Virus record (IMG/VR): IMGVR_UViG_3300028909_000001
Strand: one strand, 5' to 3'
Origin: a virus
Lineage: Duplodnaviria > Caudoviricetes
Length of the DNA: 64,000 bases
The notes beneath the pieces are model-generated. The model had not been told where the DNA came from, ran no database searches, and saw only the letters and a list, made by a program, of their open reading frames with translations. The stretch's first letter is position 1. Every line of letters starts with the position of its first letter. The translations under genes and the position numbers were made by a program. Of the stretch, positions 28,871-38,587 are shown one piece after another.

Positions 28871-28889
28871 AAAAGTGTTTGTTATATCT

Positions 28890-28918
28890 ATATTAATATG
28901 TTATATAATTCTAGTCAA
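28890..28918 (-). promoter_or_regulatory. sigma70-type promoter
   Basis: TTGACT-17-TAATAT. Confidence 0.5.
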
Positions 28919-28922
28919 TTCA

Positions 28923-29993
28923 TTAAGGCTTTACCTCCAACACATCTACATATGAAGGATATTTGCCTGGATTCTCTAATAACATCATTTCTCTTAAGTT
29001 TTCCATTAAAGTATTATCTTCTACGGTAAGACTTACAGTTTCATTGATACCCAACTCTTTTTCTATTCTTTGAGCATTCAACCTCATTACTGCAGCCCTT
29101 TGTTCAAGTTCAAGTCTGTGTAGATTAGCATTAACATAACCTACTACAGAATTATTAAAGATAACTGATTCTTTAAGACTAGTTATGGCAAATCTCTGAT
29201 CCATTAAGTTATCCACACCTGCTCCAGCTAAATAAGACTTAACCTCATCCCTTTCATCTTCAGTTAATACTTGATGTCCCAATATACTTCTTAAACCCAG
29301 TTCTCCTAAATCATAAATACGCTTAAATGCATGATAATCAGCATCATCTATCTCTTTATTATTGGCTAATTGTCTTAAGCAACTATATTGAACTAACTTA
29401 TCTTTAGGCCAGCCAGAATAGTCAAAGAATATTAATCTTAAAGCTTCTATGAATTTAACTGGCTTATACCATTGTTTAGCTAGTTCTATATCTGTTTTAT
29501 TACCATATATACTATAATTTAACCATTTACAATTAGTCTCATTAGTCTTGGTTTTATAGAACTTTATAGCTTCTGAAATATACTCATTAGCTTCATAGTT
29601 ATAGCAATGAAAGATAAGTTTTTGAACATAATCGTCATTAATCTTTTTAACCTTATTAATGTTCCAGTTAATCATCCCTGCCCGGTTATTATTGAAAGTA
29701 ACTTTTCTAACCCTATTATTAAAGTATCTTTTATCCCAAACTTTTATAAGTTGTTGATAAAGTAAGGCTGGAAGCTTGTTATATAATTGTTTAATATATA
29801 TAGGTAGATCATAAGAATCTACAGGAACGATACCATTAGAAATTAAACGCTTTAAATTGCCTGAGTTAACACCGGGCTGGGAACAGAACTTTTCAAATCC
29901 AAATCGTTCAGGGTAAAAAGCTAATTGATATCTCCAGGAAGGGGATTGAAACTGAGTCCCCATCTTGCTGATTGGAACTATAGGTAAAAGCAT
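28923..29993 (-). CDS. Hypothetical protein
   Basis: 356-aa ORF with no recognised motif. Confidence 0.6.
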   Translation of the reverse strand: MLLPIVPISKMGTQFQSPSWRYQLAFYPERFGFEKFCSQPGVNSGNLKRLISNGIVPVDSYDLPIYIKQLYNKLPALLYQQLIKVWDKRYFNNRVRKVTFNNNRAGMINWNINKVKKINDDYVQKLIFHCYNYEANEYISEAIKFYKTKTNETNCKWLNYSIYGNKTDIELAKQWYKPVKFIEALRLIFFDYSGWPKDKLVQYSCLRQLANNKEIDDADYHAFKRIYDLGELGLRSILGHQVLTEDERDEVKSYLAGAGVDNLMDQRFAITSLKESVIFNNSVVGYVNANLHRLELEQRAAVMRLNAQRIEKELGINETVSLTVEDNTLMENLREMMLLENPGKYPSYVDVLEVKP

Positions 29994-30016
29994 GATTACT
30001 ATCTGATTCCATCTAA

Positions 30017-30304
30017 TTAAATACTAAATGGTTTATTATTTAGATTTGGAACTACTCCCGGTACTTGAGATATTGGATTTTGTTGTCTGAACTGGGAGAG
30101 TAATTGGTAGAAAGGGAGTTGTTGTGCTCCTGATTGATTTTGTGGTTGTGAAGGTTGAGCTGGTCTAGTAGCTTGAGGTCCTGGTTGATTCATTGCAGGG
30201 TTAGGTTGTGACATATTACTCATTGCACCTAAAGCCGGAATTTGACCACCTTCTCCTAACGCTGCTTTTATAAAACCATTAATATATGCATCTTCTATTG
30301 TCAT
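30017..30304 (-). CDS. Gln/Pro-rich protein with YINGFIKAA leader (start likely 30304)
   Basis: MTIEDAYINGFIKAALG. Confidence 0.6.
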   Translation of the reverse strand: MTIEDAYINGFIKAALGEGGQIPALGAMSNMSQPNPAMNQPGPQATRPAQPSQPQNQSGAQQLPFYQLLSQFRQQNPISQVPGVVPNLNNKPFSI

Positions 30305-30305
30305 A

Positions 30306-32549
30306 TTATATATCATTTTTAGATTGGTCATTAGAATTGATATCCATATTTGGCATCTGTTTTTTTAGGAAGATTACCAGATCTCCTAAATTATTAAATA
30401 CATTTTTAACTAATTCAATTAGTTCTGGAAGTTGATCTTTGCCGAACAATTCATCAAATTCATCAGTATTCCAATAAGTTAAAAACAACATTTTACCAAG
30501 TTTATCTAGAGCCGATACAAAGTTAGGCACGTATTCCTGTATTTTATCTCCAGAATTAGTATATTTAGCCAATGCACCAATAGTCTGGGTATCGAATATT
30601 TCTTTTTGTCCTTGTTGAGCTAATTGAACTGCATGATTGATTGTACCGTCTAATTGTGCTTCATCAGGCTTAACCCCCAAACCTTGCTGTGTAGGATCTT
30701 TGGTATACCCATCACTACAATCATGCTGGTCTACCCAAGGAATGCCATAATAAGTAGGTTGCCCAGCTTCATTACTTTCCGGAGTTTCATCTTGTAGAGT
30801 TAAAGTATGGTCACCTAACACAGATATTTTAACCATTCCTTCTCTTTTCTTATTAGGAATTAGGTCAGCCAAAACTGCCTCTGCATCCTTTTCTCTCAAT
30901 CCAATATCAGTAACCATTGCAATTTTAGCTTCAAGTGGATTTGCATAAGTTACTTTTGCGCCAGCTACATTAAGGAAGAAGTCACTACCATTTGTGTGTA
31001 AAGTTAACGGGAAAGTATTGTTCTCTCTAAGGAAACTAGTTAGATAACATAGACCACCAGGTTTGCCAGACTTGATTTCAGACTGCTGTTTCTGACCCTC
31101 CATTCTCTGTTTATCTTGTTGTGTCTTGGAAGCAGAATAATCTATGTCAGGACGATAATAAGAACTTAAATGTATTTTAAGCAATTTGAATCCTTTAGGA
31201 ACATAGACAGCCTTATTACGATGTTCTAGTTTATCCCCTGGTTTTTTAGTAAGTACCAATATTGTTTCGCCATTGTCTTTCTTCCTAGGTTCACCACAGT
31301 TATAAGCTTTTTTAGCTTCATTATACCAGGTAGGTTCAATTTTAAGCCTTCTAATACCAGAACCATCTTTATAGTTCTCAATGATTCTAAAAGGTTCAGT
31401 AGCTTTAAGATTCTCATTCAATAATACATAGTCATCATAGCTAGGCAAGGCTTCAGCTAATTCCTCCAAATTCTTCATAGCCTCACTTATATCTTTAACT
31501 ACTATTTGGTCCTTAATAAATATATCCTTTACATTGCAATCATAGGCCTGTCCCGGTCTAGCTGCTTGTAAATCTATAACCAAGGCTTTATCATGACCAT
31601 AACCAGGTATTAATGATTCAACACTAGTTAATACTAACCCATATCTAATAGTACCTAACTCAGTTATATATGGATAAAAACCAGTTTGTACAGGGTTGCT
31701 AAACTGCTCAGTAAACTTAAAGATACCAACTTCAGATATCTCTTCCTTCATTCTATTATCTACAATAGAAATTCCTTTAGTAACCAGTTCTTTCTTAGTA
31801 TGTTCAGACAAATCTTTAAAGTTAGTTTCGGTATCAAAGTCTATTACCTTTAATTTCTTAGGTTTAGCTTCTTTTACAATAGCTGGAACAGTCAAAGCTT
31901 CAGCAATTGCATTATCAGAATAGAATGTCCTGACAGCATCAGTAAATTCAGCATTCTTATTCATAACGTCCCAAAATGCTTCTTTAACTGAATTATCCGA
32001 GTTTTTTATATAATCTAATAAAGAAGGGATAGGGAGAAAATCTTTTTTATCTAACAAGCTCTCAGCAACCTTATCAAATACTTCTGAATTCTTTTCTTCC
32101 AAATCTTTAGCTTCAGCATAACTAATACGTCCAGTACGAGGAGGCCAGATCACATTACGCATACTAGGAGCAACAATATCTTTTTGCACATCCTCTTTAC
32201 GTTGATTGCTTACACTTCCCATCCCAGTTACATCATCTTTTAAGAATAGTTCTGCAAAATCTTCAGTAAGTGGGTACATTTGTTGATTGTTCTTACTATA
32301 TAGTATGTCCAAGTCTTTAATTTTTCCATCAACAAAGAAAGCAGGGACAAACATGATTTGTCCATTATTACTCTTAAATCCAAAAACACCCACAGCTTTG
32401 GTATCGTTATCACTCTTTTTAATTAGCTGGAAGCCTACTAAGAATGGTACTAGGTTACTTAGTTTGCCTTGTAACTTATCATATGCAAGAGTAAAGAACG
32501 CTTTCTCAAAATCATCCTCAGAACTCGCTAATTTAGTTGAACTATTCAT
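30306..32549 (-). CDS. Large putative virion structural protein
   Basis: 747 aa; TKLA|SSEDDFEKAF N-terminus; KxA motifs. Confidence 0.6.
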   Translation of the reverse strand: MNSSTKLASSEDDFEKAFFTLAYDKLQGKLSNLVPFLVGFQLIKKSDNDTKAVGVFGFKSNNGQIMFVPAFFVDGKIKDLDILYSKNNQQMYPLTEDFAELFLKDDVTGMGSVSNQRKEDVQKDIVAPSMRNVIWPPRTGRISYAEAKDLEEKNSEVFDKVAESLLDKKDFLPIPSLLDYIKNSDNSVKEAFWDVMNKNAEFTDAVRTFYSDNAIAEALTVPAIVKEAKPKKLKVIDFDTETNFKDLSEHTKKELVTKGISIVDNRMKEEISEVGIFKFTEQFSNPVQTGFYPYITELGTIRYGLVLTSVESLIPGYGHDKALVIDLQAARPGQAYDCNVKDIFIKDQIVVKDISEAMKNLEELAEALPSYDDYVLLNENLKATEPFRIIENYKDGSGIRRLKIEPTWYNEAKKAYNCGEPRKKDNGETILVLTKKPGDKLEHRNKAVYVPKGFKLLKIHLSSYYRPDIDYSASKTQQDKQRMEGQKQQSEIKSGKPGGLCYLTSFLRENNTFPLTLHTNGSDFFLNVAGAKVTYANPLEAKIAMVTDIGLREKDAEAVLADLIPNKKREGMVKISVLGDHTLTLQDETPESNEAGQPTYYGIPWVDQHDCSDGYTKDPTQQGLGVKPDEAQLDGTINHAVQLAQQGQKEIFDTQTIGALAKYTNSGDKIQEYVPNFVSALDKLGKMLFLTYWNTDEFDELFGKDQLPELIELVKNVFNNLGDLVIFLKKQMPNMDINSNDQSKNDI

Positions 32550-32633
32550 AAATTGAAAGAAGAAGGCTTCTTATATATACTCATCTTCACTTATTATTAT
32601 CATATTAGGAAAGTTATAGTTAAGCAATGTCTA

Positions 32634-33917
32634 TTATACATTAGCTAATTCACTCCTAACTTTATTTTGCATCATTTTATTCTCATTATTCAAGTTGTCT
32701 ATGTCTTTATTATGATAATGATTATAAGCACCTATAGCAGCTGTAGGGGCTCCAATAATACCACCAGCTACTAGATATGGTTTTAAAGCTTCCCATCCCG
32801 TAGCAGGCTTAGAAGGTGCTACGGGTAAGCCAGGTTTAAAACTATCATTAATATTCTGTCCTATCTGCTTAATCTTTTGAACTGAGTTGGATTTGTCAAA
32901 GTTAATATTCTCAGCACCAGCACCTTCAATACCTTCAATAAGATTAGCTGGAGTCTTAAATACATTACTGCCTAATCGTGTTAATGCTTTTGGAAGAGTA
33001 TCAAAGTTACCACTATTATCATTTTGTCTTTCAGCTATAGTCTCTGCACTACCTAATATAGCTGAAGGAATCATTAAACTCTTGACTGGATTCCTAGTAA
33101 TAAAATTGTTTAACAGAGTATTAGGATGATTTACATTCTTTTGTAATATGTTTAGAGGAACTGCATTATCTTTAGCATTACTTATCAGTTCTTGTAATTT
33201 ATCAACTCCAATATTAGATGGTCGGTTTATATATTTTTTAAACAGAGGGTTGTCTACTATTCTATCCAATACTGATGCTTGTTTATGAGTAAGCATCTGT
33301 AATAAAGCATTTGTTCTTTCAGCTTCTTCTTTTCTATGCTTCCTAGTAATGGCATCATAAGCCATAACCGGGCCAGCAGAAAGAGCGGTAGCCCCTAATA
33401 TGCTTTTAACTGGATGATTCGCCATATCTTGCATAGTACTAGAGAATATGCCTTTACCAAATTCCTTGCCTGCCTCATTATAAAGAGGACCCATTTTCTC
33501 ATTAGCCTTGTCTATTAATGCTTCAGCAAATTCATTTCTAGTAGTAGGATTAGTTATATTAGATAGTGAATCCAATACTTTCTGAGCATTAGGATTTTTA
33601 TCTACACTATTTAATACACTATCAGAAGCAGAACCAAGAGCAGGACCAGCACCAGTAGCATTAAGTATTGCACTAGTTAGATGGCCTACTTGTCTACCAG
33701 TCCAAGGAGCACCACCCATTTCTAGATGACCGTGTAAAGCATTATTAATAGTCCTTCCACCTGATTCTAGAGTTGCTGAGGCTAACCCTGCTCCCAAACC
33801 TAGACCGGCAGCACCTTTCAAACCAGCTCTACTATAATCAAATATACGTCCTAATTGAGATAATACGTTAGCTTTCTTATCAATGAAATTAGTCAAAGCT
33901 TTAGTATTGGCATTCAT
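32634..33917 (-). CDS. Glycine-zipper putative virion/ejection protein (start likely 33917)
   Basis: KKA and KQA motifs; three predicted hydrophobic GxxxG segments. Confidence 0.6.
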   Translation of the reverse strand: MNANTKALTNFIDKKANVLSQLGRIFDYSRAGLKGAAGLGLGAGLASATLESGGRTINNALHGHLEMGGAPWTGRQVGHLTSAILNATGAGPALGSASDSVLNSVDKNPNAQKVLDSLSNITNPTTRNEFAEALIDKANEKMGPLYNEAGKEFGKGIFSSTMQDMANHPVKSILGATALSAGPVMAYDAITRKHRKEEAERTNALLQMLTHKQASVLDRIVDNPLFKKYINRPSNIGVDKLQELISNAKDNAVPLNILQKNVNHPNTLLNNFITRNPVKSLMIPSAILGSAETIAERQNDNSGNFDTLPKALTRLGSNVFKTPANLIEGIEGAGAENINFDKSNSVQKIKQIGQNINDSFKPGLPVAPSKPATGWEALKPYLVAGGIIGAPTAAIGAYNHYHNKDIDNLNNENKMMQNKVRSELANV

Positions 33918-33918
33918 A

Positions 33919-36258
33919 TTACTCAAATGATAACTGCTCTTCCAGTTCTTCTGCAAATTTATGGGTCCCAAATCCTTTGGCATATGCAAGCCCTGGTATT
34001 GGAGATGGTCCCTCCAAACTACTAGAAGCTCCAGTATTGACAGCCTTTATTAATCTACGTTCCAGATTAGTACTATATAAGGTATGCATCCAGTCATGTT
34101 CATGTGCTGGGACATCTAATAATCTTTGCATTTCTGGTTCAAATTCAGGTTTTGTCTCATTTACCGTAACATAATCGATATTATGTTTCTTCAACTCATT
34201 AATTACAGTACTGGTGATTCTAGTTCCTATTGTATAGTGTAATTCAGGTATTTCCAAGTATAAACCTTGAGCCATATCAGTTCTGACCTTCTTACTATTA
34301 GTTCTAGGAGAATAGGCTTTCTCCAGTGTATGATAATTTACTATACTGTCTGGCAAGTTATTCCCTAAGCCTTTAGGATTGGTTATTTTAACATGAGTAA
34401 TTAAACCTTTACTTATAATATCAAAATTACGTTTATTTATTCCACCTAATTGACTAGTTTCAAATGTATCTTTAATAGCTTTGGAGAAATACCTTCTACC
34501 TTCTCCAATACCTTTATGCTTTGTTATTTTAGCTGGATTAGGTATACCATCACTTAACACATCACCTTCTTCAACTAGCTGGCCTGATTTAACCAATACT
34601 TTCAAATCTGGGTGTACATAATATTCTTCAAGTTTTCCATTATCATGCTTAATAACTATATAATGACCTCCTTGTGGTGCTACTCTTACTTCTTCTATCT
34701 TACCATCAGAGTCAGCTATTGGGGCTTCATGGACAAATGAATCCGGGATATTAAATAATTGATTGATGTATTTAAAGCCACCAAATTGATTAGAACCAGT
34801 TGCACTACCTCCCTTGTGCTTACTATTATGTACTATTAAGCCATTCGCTAATACAAATAAAGCATCTTTACTATCTACTTCAATATCCCAACATTGTATT
34901 AATCCTAGATACTCTGGTTTATTGTATAGTACTACCCAATAATCATTTGTAGTAACTACATCTATAGTTTCATCAATATCTTTTAGAGGCATTTCTGTTA
35001 ATACATTACTACATTCCAGGGTTTCACAAAGTATCTTATGATTCTCTGTAGCATATAGTTCAATTACTTTATCTTTATTATCTATAAATATATATTTATT
35101 AACAGGTTGTAATCCTTGATTGAATAACCTTAGAACTTTGACTGGAGAGGTTTGACCAGCGTTATCAGAGCCAAGCACCATATCTCCGACCTTTATATCT
35201 TGAATAGCTTTAATAGAATAATCTGCCATTCTTACTAGTGTTCCTTCAGCTAAACAGTTTAACGCCCCTTGTGCTACTGGTTCTGCTGCTGAAGTACCGG
35301 CAACAACTCCAATAAAAGAATTAAGTTCAGACAAGCCTTTACCTCTGATACCCACACATAATTGACAAAGAGCACTAGAAGTTCCATCATGACTAGCTTC
35401 ACAAGTTATAGGATTTCTAACTACAATCTCTTCTATGCCTTTGCTTTTTAGAATACCCAGCATACTAGAGGTAACTTCATTATTATAGTGATATTTGTCT
35501 ATAGGATGAGCTAAGAACGAACCGATGTAATCATTATCATTTGTTTTTACAGGTATTCCATTATGAGTACCACAATCATGTTCTTCTATCACCATTGTCA
35601 TGTTTGCTCTAGCTAATTGCTTGCCTAAAAACCCACCTTCTGCCACTGATAATTTTGTGGCCGCGCTGGCTTGTCTCGCACCAAAAGTATGTGCCAAATA
35701 TTGGGGCAAGGTTAATCCTTCAGCAAAAGATCTATCAATAATAAAATCAGTTAGAATACCGCCTTTATTATCGTTAACGGCTACTGGGGAGAAAATAGTT
35801 TGACGATATTGTTCGGGACTCCCTCTCGCTCCGGCTTTAACTACCTTGGCTAGAGTCTTATTATCTTTAAGGCCTTCTTCTATTATTTCCTTATTTGCAG
35901 TGTCAGAAAACTTGTTGAGCAAATTTGTTAGTTCATCATCTTCTTTCTTTTTAGGTAACTTTTTATCCTTTATGCTCTTAATCTCTTTATTGAGTTCTTT
36001 AAATCTCTCATCTTTAAAGGAGGGTGGAAGCAAGTCACCTAGTCTGACAGTACTACCCAACCTAGTAGCTGATTCAAACCCAAGTCTAGTTAAATCTGAT
36101 ACTACTTTCTTATAACTATCTTCATTATGCTCTGCTAAATTAGAGAAGAAAGCACCTATATTCTTCTTATCCAAATCTTTGCTTTCTATAAATGAATGAG
36201 AGTTAGCAGGAGAGTAATGCTTAAGCAGGATTTTGCCTACTGTTGTTACCTCAGACAT
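33919..36258 (-). CDS. rpoC: Multisubunit RNA polymerase beta' C-terminal fragment with mini-intein
   Basis: AGARG, EGLT..Y....GAR, DCGT, RNPITC, CQLCVG, EPVAQGALN|SKHKGG (trigger-loop equivalent). Confidence 0.88.
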   Translation of the reverse strand: MSEVTTVGKILLKHYSPANSHSFIESKDLDKKNIGAFFSNLAEHNEDSYKKVVSDLTRLGFESATRLGSTVRLGDLLPPSFKDERFKELNKEIKSIKDKKLPKKKEDDELTNLLNKFSDTANKEIIEEGLKDNKTLAKVVKAGARGSPEQYRQTIFSPVAVNDNKGGILTDFIIDRSFAEGLTLPQYLAHTFGARQASAATKLSVAEGGFLGKQLARANMTMVIEEHDCGTHNGIPVKTNDNDYIGSFLAHPIDKYHYNNEVTSSMLGILKSKGIEEIVVRNPITCEASHDGTSSALCQLCVGIRGKGLSELNSFIGVVAGTSAAEPVAQGALNCLAEGTLVRMADYSIKAIQDIKVGDMVLGSDNAGQTSPVKVLRLFNQGLQPVNKYIFIDNKDKVIELYATENHKILCETLECSNVLTEMPLKDIDETIDVVTTNDYWVVLYNKPEYLGLIQCWDIEVDSKDALFVLANGLIVHNSKHKGGSATGSNQFGGFKYINQLFNIPDSFVHEAPIADSDGKIEEVRVAPQGGHYIVIKHDNGKLEEYYVHPDLKVLVKSGQLVEEGDVLSDGIPNPAKITKHKGIGEGRRYFSKAIKDTFETSQLGGINKRNFDIISKGLITHVKITNPKGLGNNLPDSIVNYHTLEKAYSPRTNSKKVRTDMAQGLYLEIPELHYTIGTRITSTVINELKKHNIDYVTVNETKPEFEPEMQRLLDVPAHEHDWMHTLYSTNLERRLIKAVNTGASSSLEGPSPIPGLAYAKGFGTHKFAEELEEQLSFE
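34825..35256 (-). mobile_element. Mini-intein (144 aa, no endonuclease)
   Basis: CLAEGTLVRMADY...ATENHKIL...CWDIEVDSKDALFVLANGLIVHN|S. Confidence 0.92.
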
Positions 36259-36260
36259 AA

Positions 36261-36932
36261 TTAGTGATTGCTATATAGTTCAAATAGAGAAGATTTCTTT
36301 ACTATTTGAAATCTAGCAGGTGTAAGATCTAATACTTTAAGACTGCAAGAAATACCTAATATATCCGCCATAGCTAAGTGATGATGTCCGTCAAGGATAC
36401 TATCATTGAGTAACAATATATACTTATTATTATTCTTGGCTTGAAATTTATCGGCTAAAGCTTTCTTACCTAGTTTAGTCATTTCTTTCTTTATATGAGA
36501 TTTAGCAGATTCGTAGTTATGTATATCTACTTTAGGTAATAGCTCACTAGTTGTCATACCATAAAGTACGAGTTTGGTATCTTTATCAGCTCCAGGAGCA
36601 AATTTTAATACATCTGCTTGAGTATCTTTGGGTAGGCTATTTACTGTAATATCAGCTACATAAGCAGAAGCAACCTTGCCAAATTCAGACTTATTCGGTT
36701 CAGGTTTAGCTATATCAGGCATCCATTTATCAATTTTTTGGTCAACCTCATCTTTAGTACGATTTGTTAGTGGCTGATTCTGTTCCTGGGCATGTAAAGC
36801 TGGTTGTTCGATTTCTTCTGTTTCTTCAGCATTAACTAGCTGGTCTAGTAAGGATGAAGCAGCCTTCTTTACTTTTACATCCTTGGACTCTGCTGACTTT
36901 TCAAGAAATGATTGGATAACATTAAAGTTCAT
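36261..36932 (-). CDS. KxA protein with C-terminal ParB/Srx-like motif
   Basis: ILLLNDSILDGHHHL resembles IDGHHR. Confidence 0.45.
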   Translation of the reverse strand: MNFNVIQSFLEKSAESKDVKVKKAASSLLDQLVNAEETEEIEQPALHAQEQNQPLTNRTKDEVDQKIDKWMPDIAKPEPNKSEFGKVASAYVADITVNSLPKDTQADVLKFAPGADKDTKLVLYGMTTSELLPKVDIHNYESAKSHIKKEMTKLGKKALADKFQAKNNNKYILLLNDSILDGHHHLAMADILGISCSLKVLDLTPARFQIVKKSSLFELYSNH

Positions 36933-36934
36933 TG

Positions 36935-37636
36935 TTAGATTTCTGGATTTCCGCCTGGTTCATCTTCACCATTATCATATTCACTATCTTCTGATTTTCT
37001 ATGCTTGCTATATAGATAAGCCCCTAAACCACCTAAACCTGCAGCGCCCAAACCTAATTCATAAGGAACTTTGTTGTTACTAATATGATTGGATAATACT
37101 TCAAATAAAGATTGGGGAGAAATATCATTCTTATGTAAAGCTTGTTCTGCTCCAGTTATAGCTCCATGTATACTAGGTTTAATAGTAGTATTAGCATTTA
37201 CATTATTAAATACATTACCTAATCCTTGACCAGCATAATGAGCACCTATGCCTCCACCTACTCCAAGTCCGGCAGCAGTACCTAGTCCCATGTCACCAAC
37301 TGATTTACTTTTGAATAGTTTACTCAATACGGATTTGGCATCAATATTAGCTGGTTCTGGTTTACTATTTAATTTAAGTTGATTTCCTCCAAAGCCATCT
37401 AATTTAATCTTATTACTTATAGAACCTAGATTAAGTTTACTAGATGGAAAGTCAGAACTAGAAGGAGCTTTAGGTATAGCTAAATTAGAAACAGCTGCCT
37501 CTGGTATAGAAGCACCAGTAGCCTCAGTAGCACCAGTAACTTCAGGTTTAAGTACATTAGCCAATTCTTCAAATGACTTAATAGGATTTGCAGAAGCTTT
37601 AATAAATCCGTTAATAAATGCGTTATTTAGATTCAT
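36935..37636 (-). CDS. Glycine-zipper putative virion protein
   Basis: AFINGFIKAS leader; GLGTAAGLGVGGGIG; LGLGAAGLGGLG. Confidence 0.6.
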   Translation of the reverse strand: MNLNNAFINGFIKASANPIKSFEELANVLKPEVTGATEATGASIPEAAVSNLAIPKAPSSSDFPSSKLNLGSISNKIKLDGFGGNQLKLNSKPEPANIDAKSVLSKLFKSKSVGDMGLGTAAGLGVGGGIGAHYAGQGLGNVFNNVNANTTIKPSIHGAITGAEQALHKNDISPQSLFEVLSNHISNNKVPYELGLGAAGLGGLGAYLYSKHRKSEDSEYDNGEDEPGGNPEI

Positions 37637-38286
37637 ATACCTAGACCTTGTTGGGGTTGGGCTGATTGTGCTGGTTGGGTTGGTTGTGCAGGATTACTAC
37701 CATCCATCGGCCCACTACCATAAATACCTCCACCCATCATACCTTGTTGTTGCTGTTGTTGCATCATTTGTTCTTGTTGTTGCTTCTGCTGTTCTTCTCT
37801 CTGCTTCTGTTGCTCTTCCCTATGCATCTTAGCACGTTCATATTGATGCTTTTCTTTTAATTGTTCAGTCTTCAAATGACTCTGTGTTGCCTTCCCGCCA
37901 CTATGTAAATCTAATAGATCAGCTACACTTAATGTAACTGTAGTATCTTTTAACCCTCTAGACTGTTGTTTTGGGGCTAAATCATCACTTTGTCCTGGTT
38001 GTGGCTGACCTCCCTGACTCAGATCTTGCTGAGGTTGACCCTGGCCTTCTTGTTGCATTCCTTGGCCTTGACCCATTTGTTGAGCTAATTGAGCCATCTG
38101 TTGTGGGTCTGGTTGTTGACCTGATCCACCTTGACTTGGTTGTGGAGATTGTGAAGATTGTGGAGGTTGAGGTTGTTGCCCAGGTAAACCTCCTTGTTGT
38201 TGAGCAGCAGTACTATTAGGTGATGGTATAAATGCTTGTTTATGCATCATACTACCTATTTCTTCTAAGATTTGTCTGTAAGTCAT
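37633..38286 (-). CDS. Gln/Pro-rich low-complexity protein
   Basis: MMHKQA|FIP; polyQ tracts. Confidence 0.6.
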   Translation of the reverse strand: MTYRQILEEIGSMMHKQAFIPSPNSTAAQQQGGLPGQQPQPPQSSQSPQPSQGGSGQQPDPQQMAQLAQQMGQGQGMQQEGQGQPQQDLSQGGQPQPGQSDDLAPKQQSRGLKDTTVTLSVADLLDLHSGGKATQSHLKTEQLKEKHQYERAKMHREEQQKQREEQQKQQQEQMMQQQQQQGMMGGGIYGSGPMDGSNPAQPTQPAQSAQPQQGLGI

Positions 38287-38349
38287 ATTAAAATTGGTAT
38301 TATCTCTATTTCAAAGTTCTATCTATTATGGAGATTGATGGTAGTTATA

Positions 38350-38571
38350 TTAATGATACTTTTGTAATAGTTTCTCACTTTCCCAGGCCACAGCTTCATC
38401 AATAATAAATTCTTCCAAGGATTTTTTAACATTAGCTAATCTACCTTGGTCTATTCTACCCTTTAATTTACTTTTAGGCAAATCAATATCTCTTAGTTGA
38501 GTTAGAGCTTCTATCAACTTATCTAATTTCTGTTGTTCGTTCAATACTAACCATACATCTCTAGTTATCAT
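38350..38571 (-). CDS. Hypothetical protein
   Basis: 73 aa. Confidence 0.5.
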   Translation of the reverse strand: MITRDVWLVLNEQQKLDKLIEALTQLRDIDLPKSKLKGRIDQGRLANVKKSLEEFIIDEAVAWESEKLLQKYH

Positions 38572-38587
38572 ATAAGGTCTTCTTCTT

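Noticed and set aside
28923-32549. Portal or terminase assignment for the 356-aa or 747-aa ORFs
   Set aside because: No Walker A/B or nuclease motifs and no recognisable portal signature; left as hypothetical
37633-38286. PolyQ/CAA-CAG tract as a phase-variable repeat
   Set aside because: Codons are mixed and interrupted, consistent with ordinary low-complexity protein sequence
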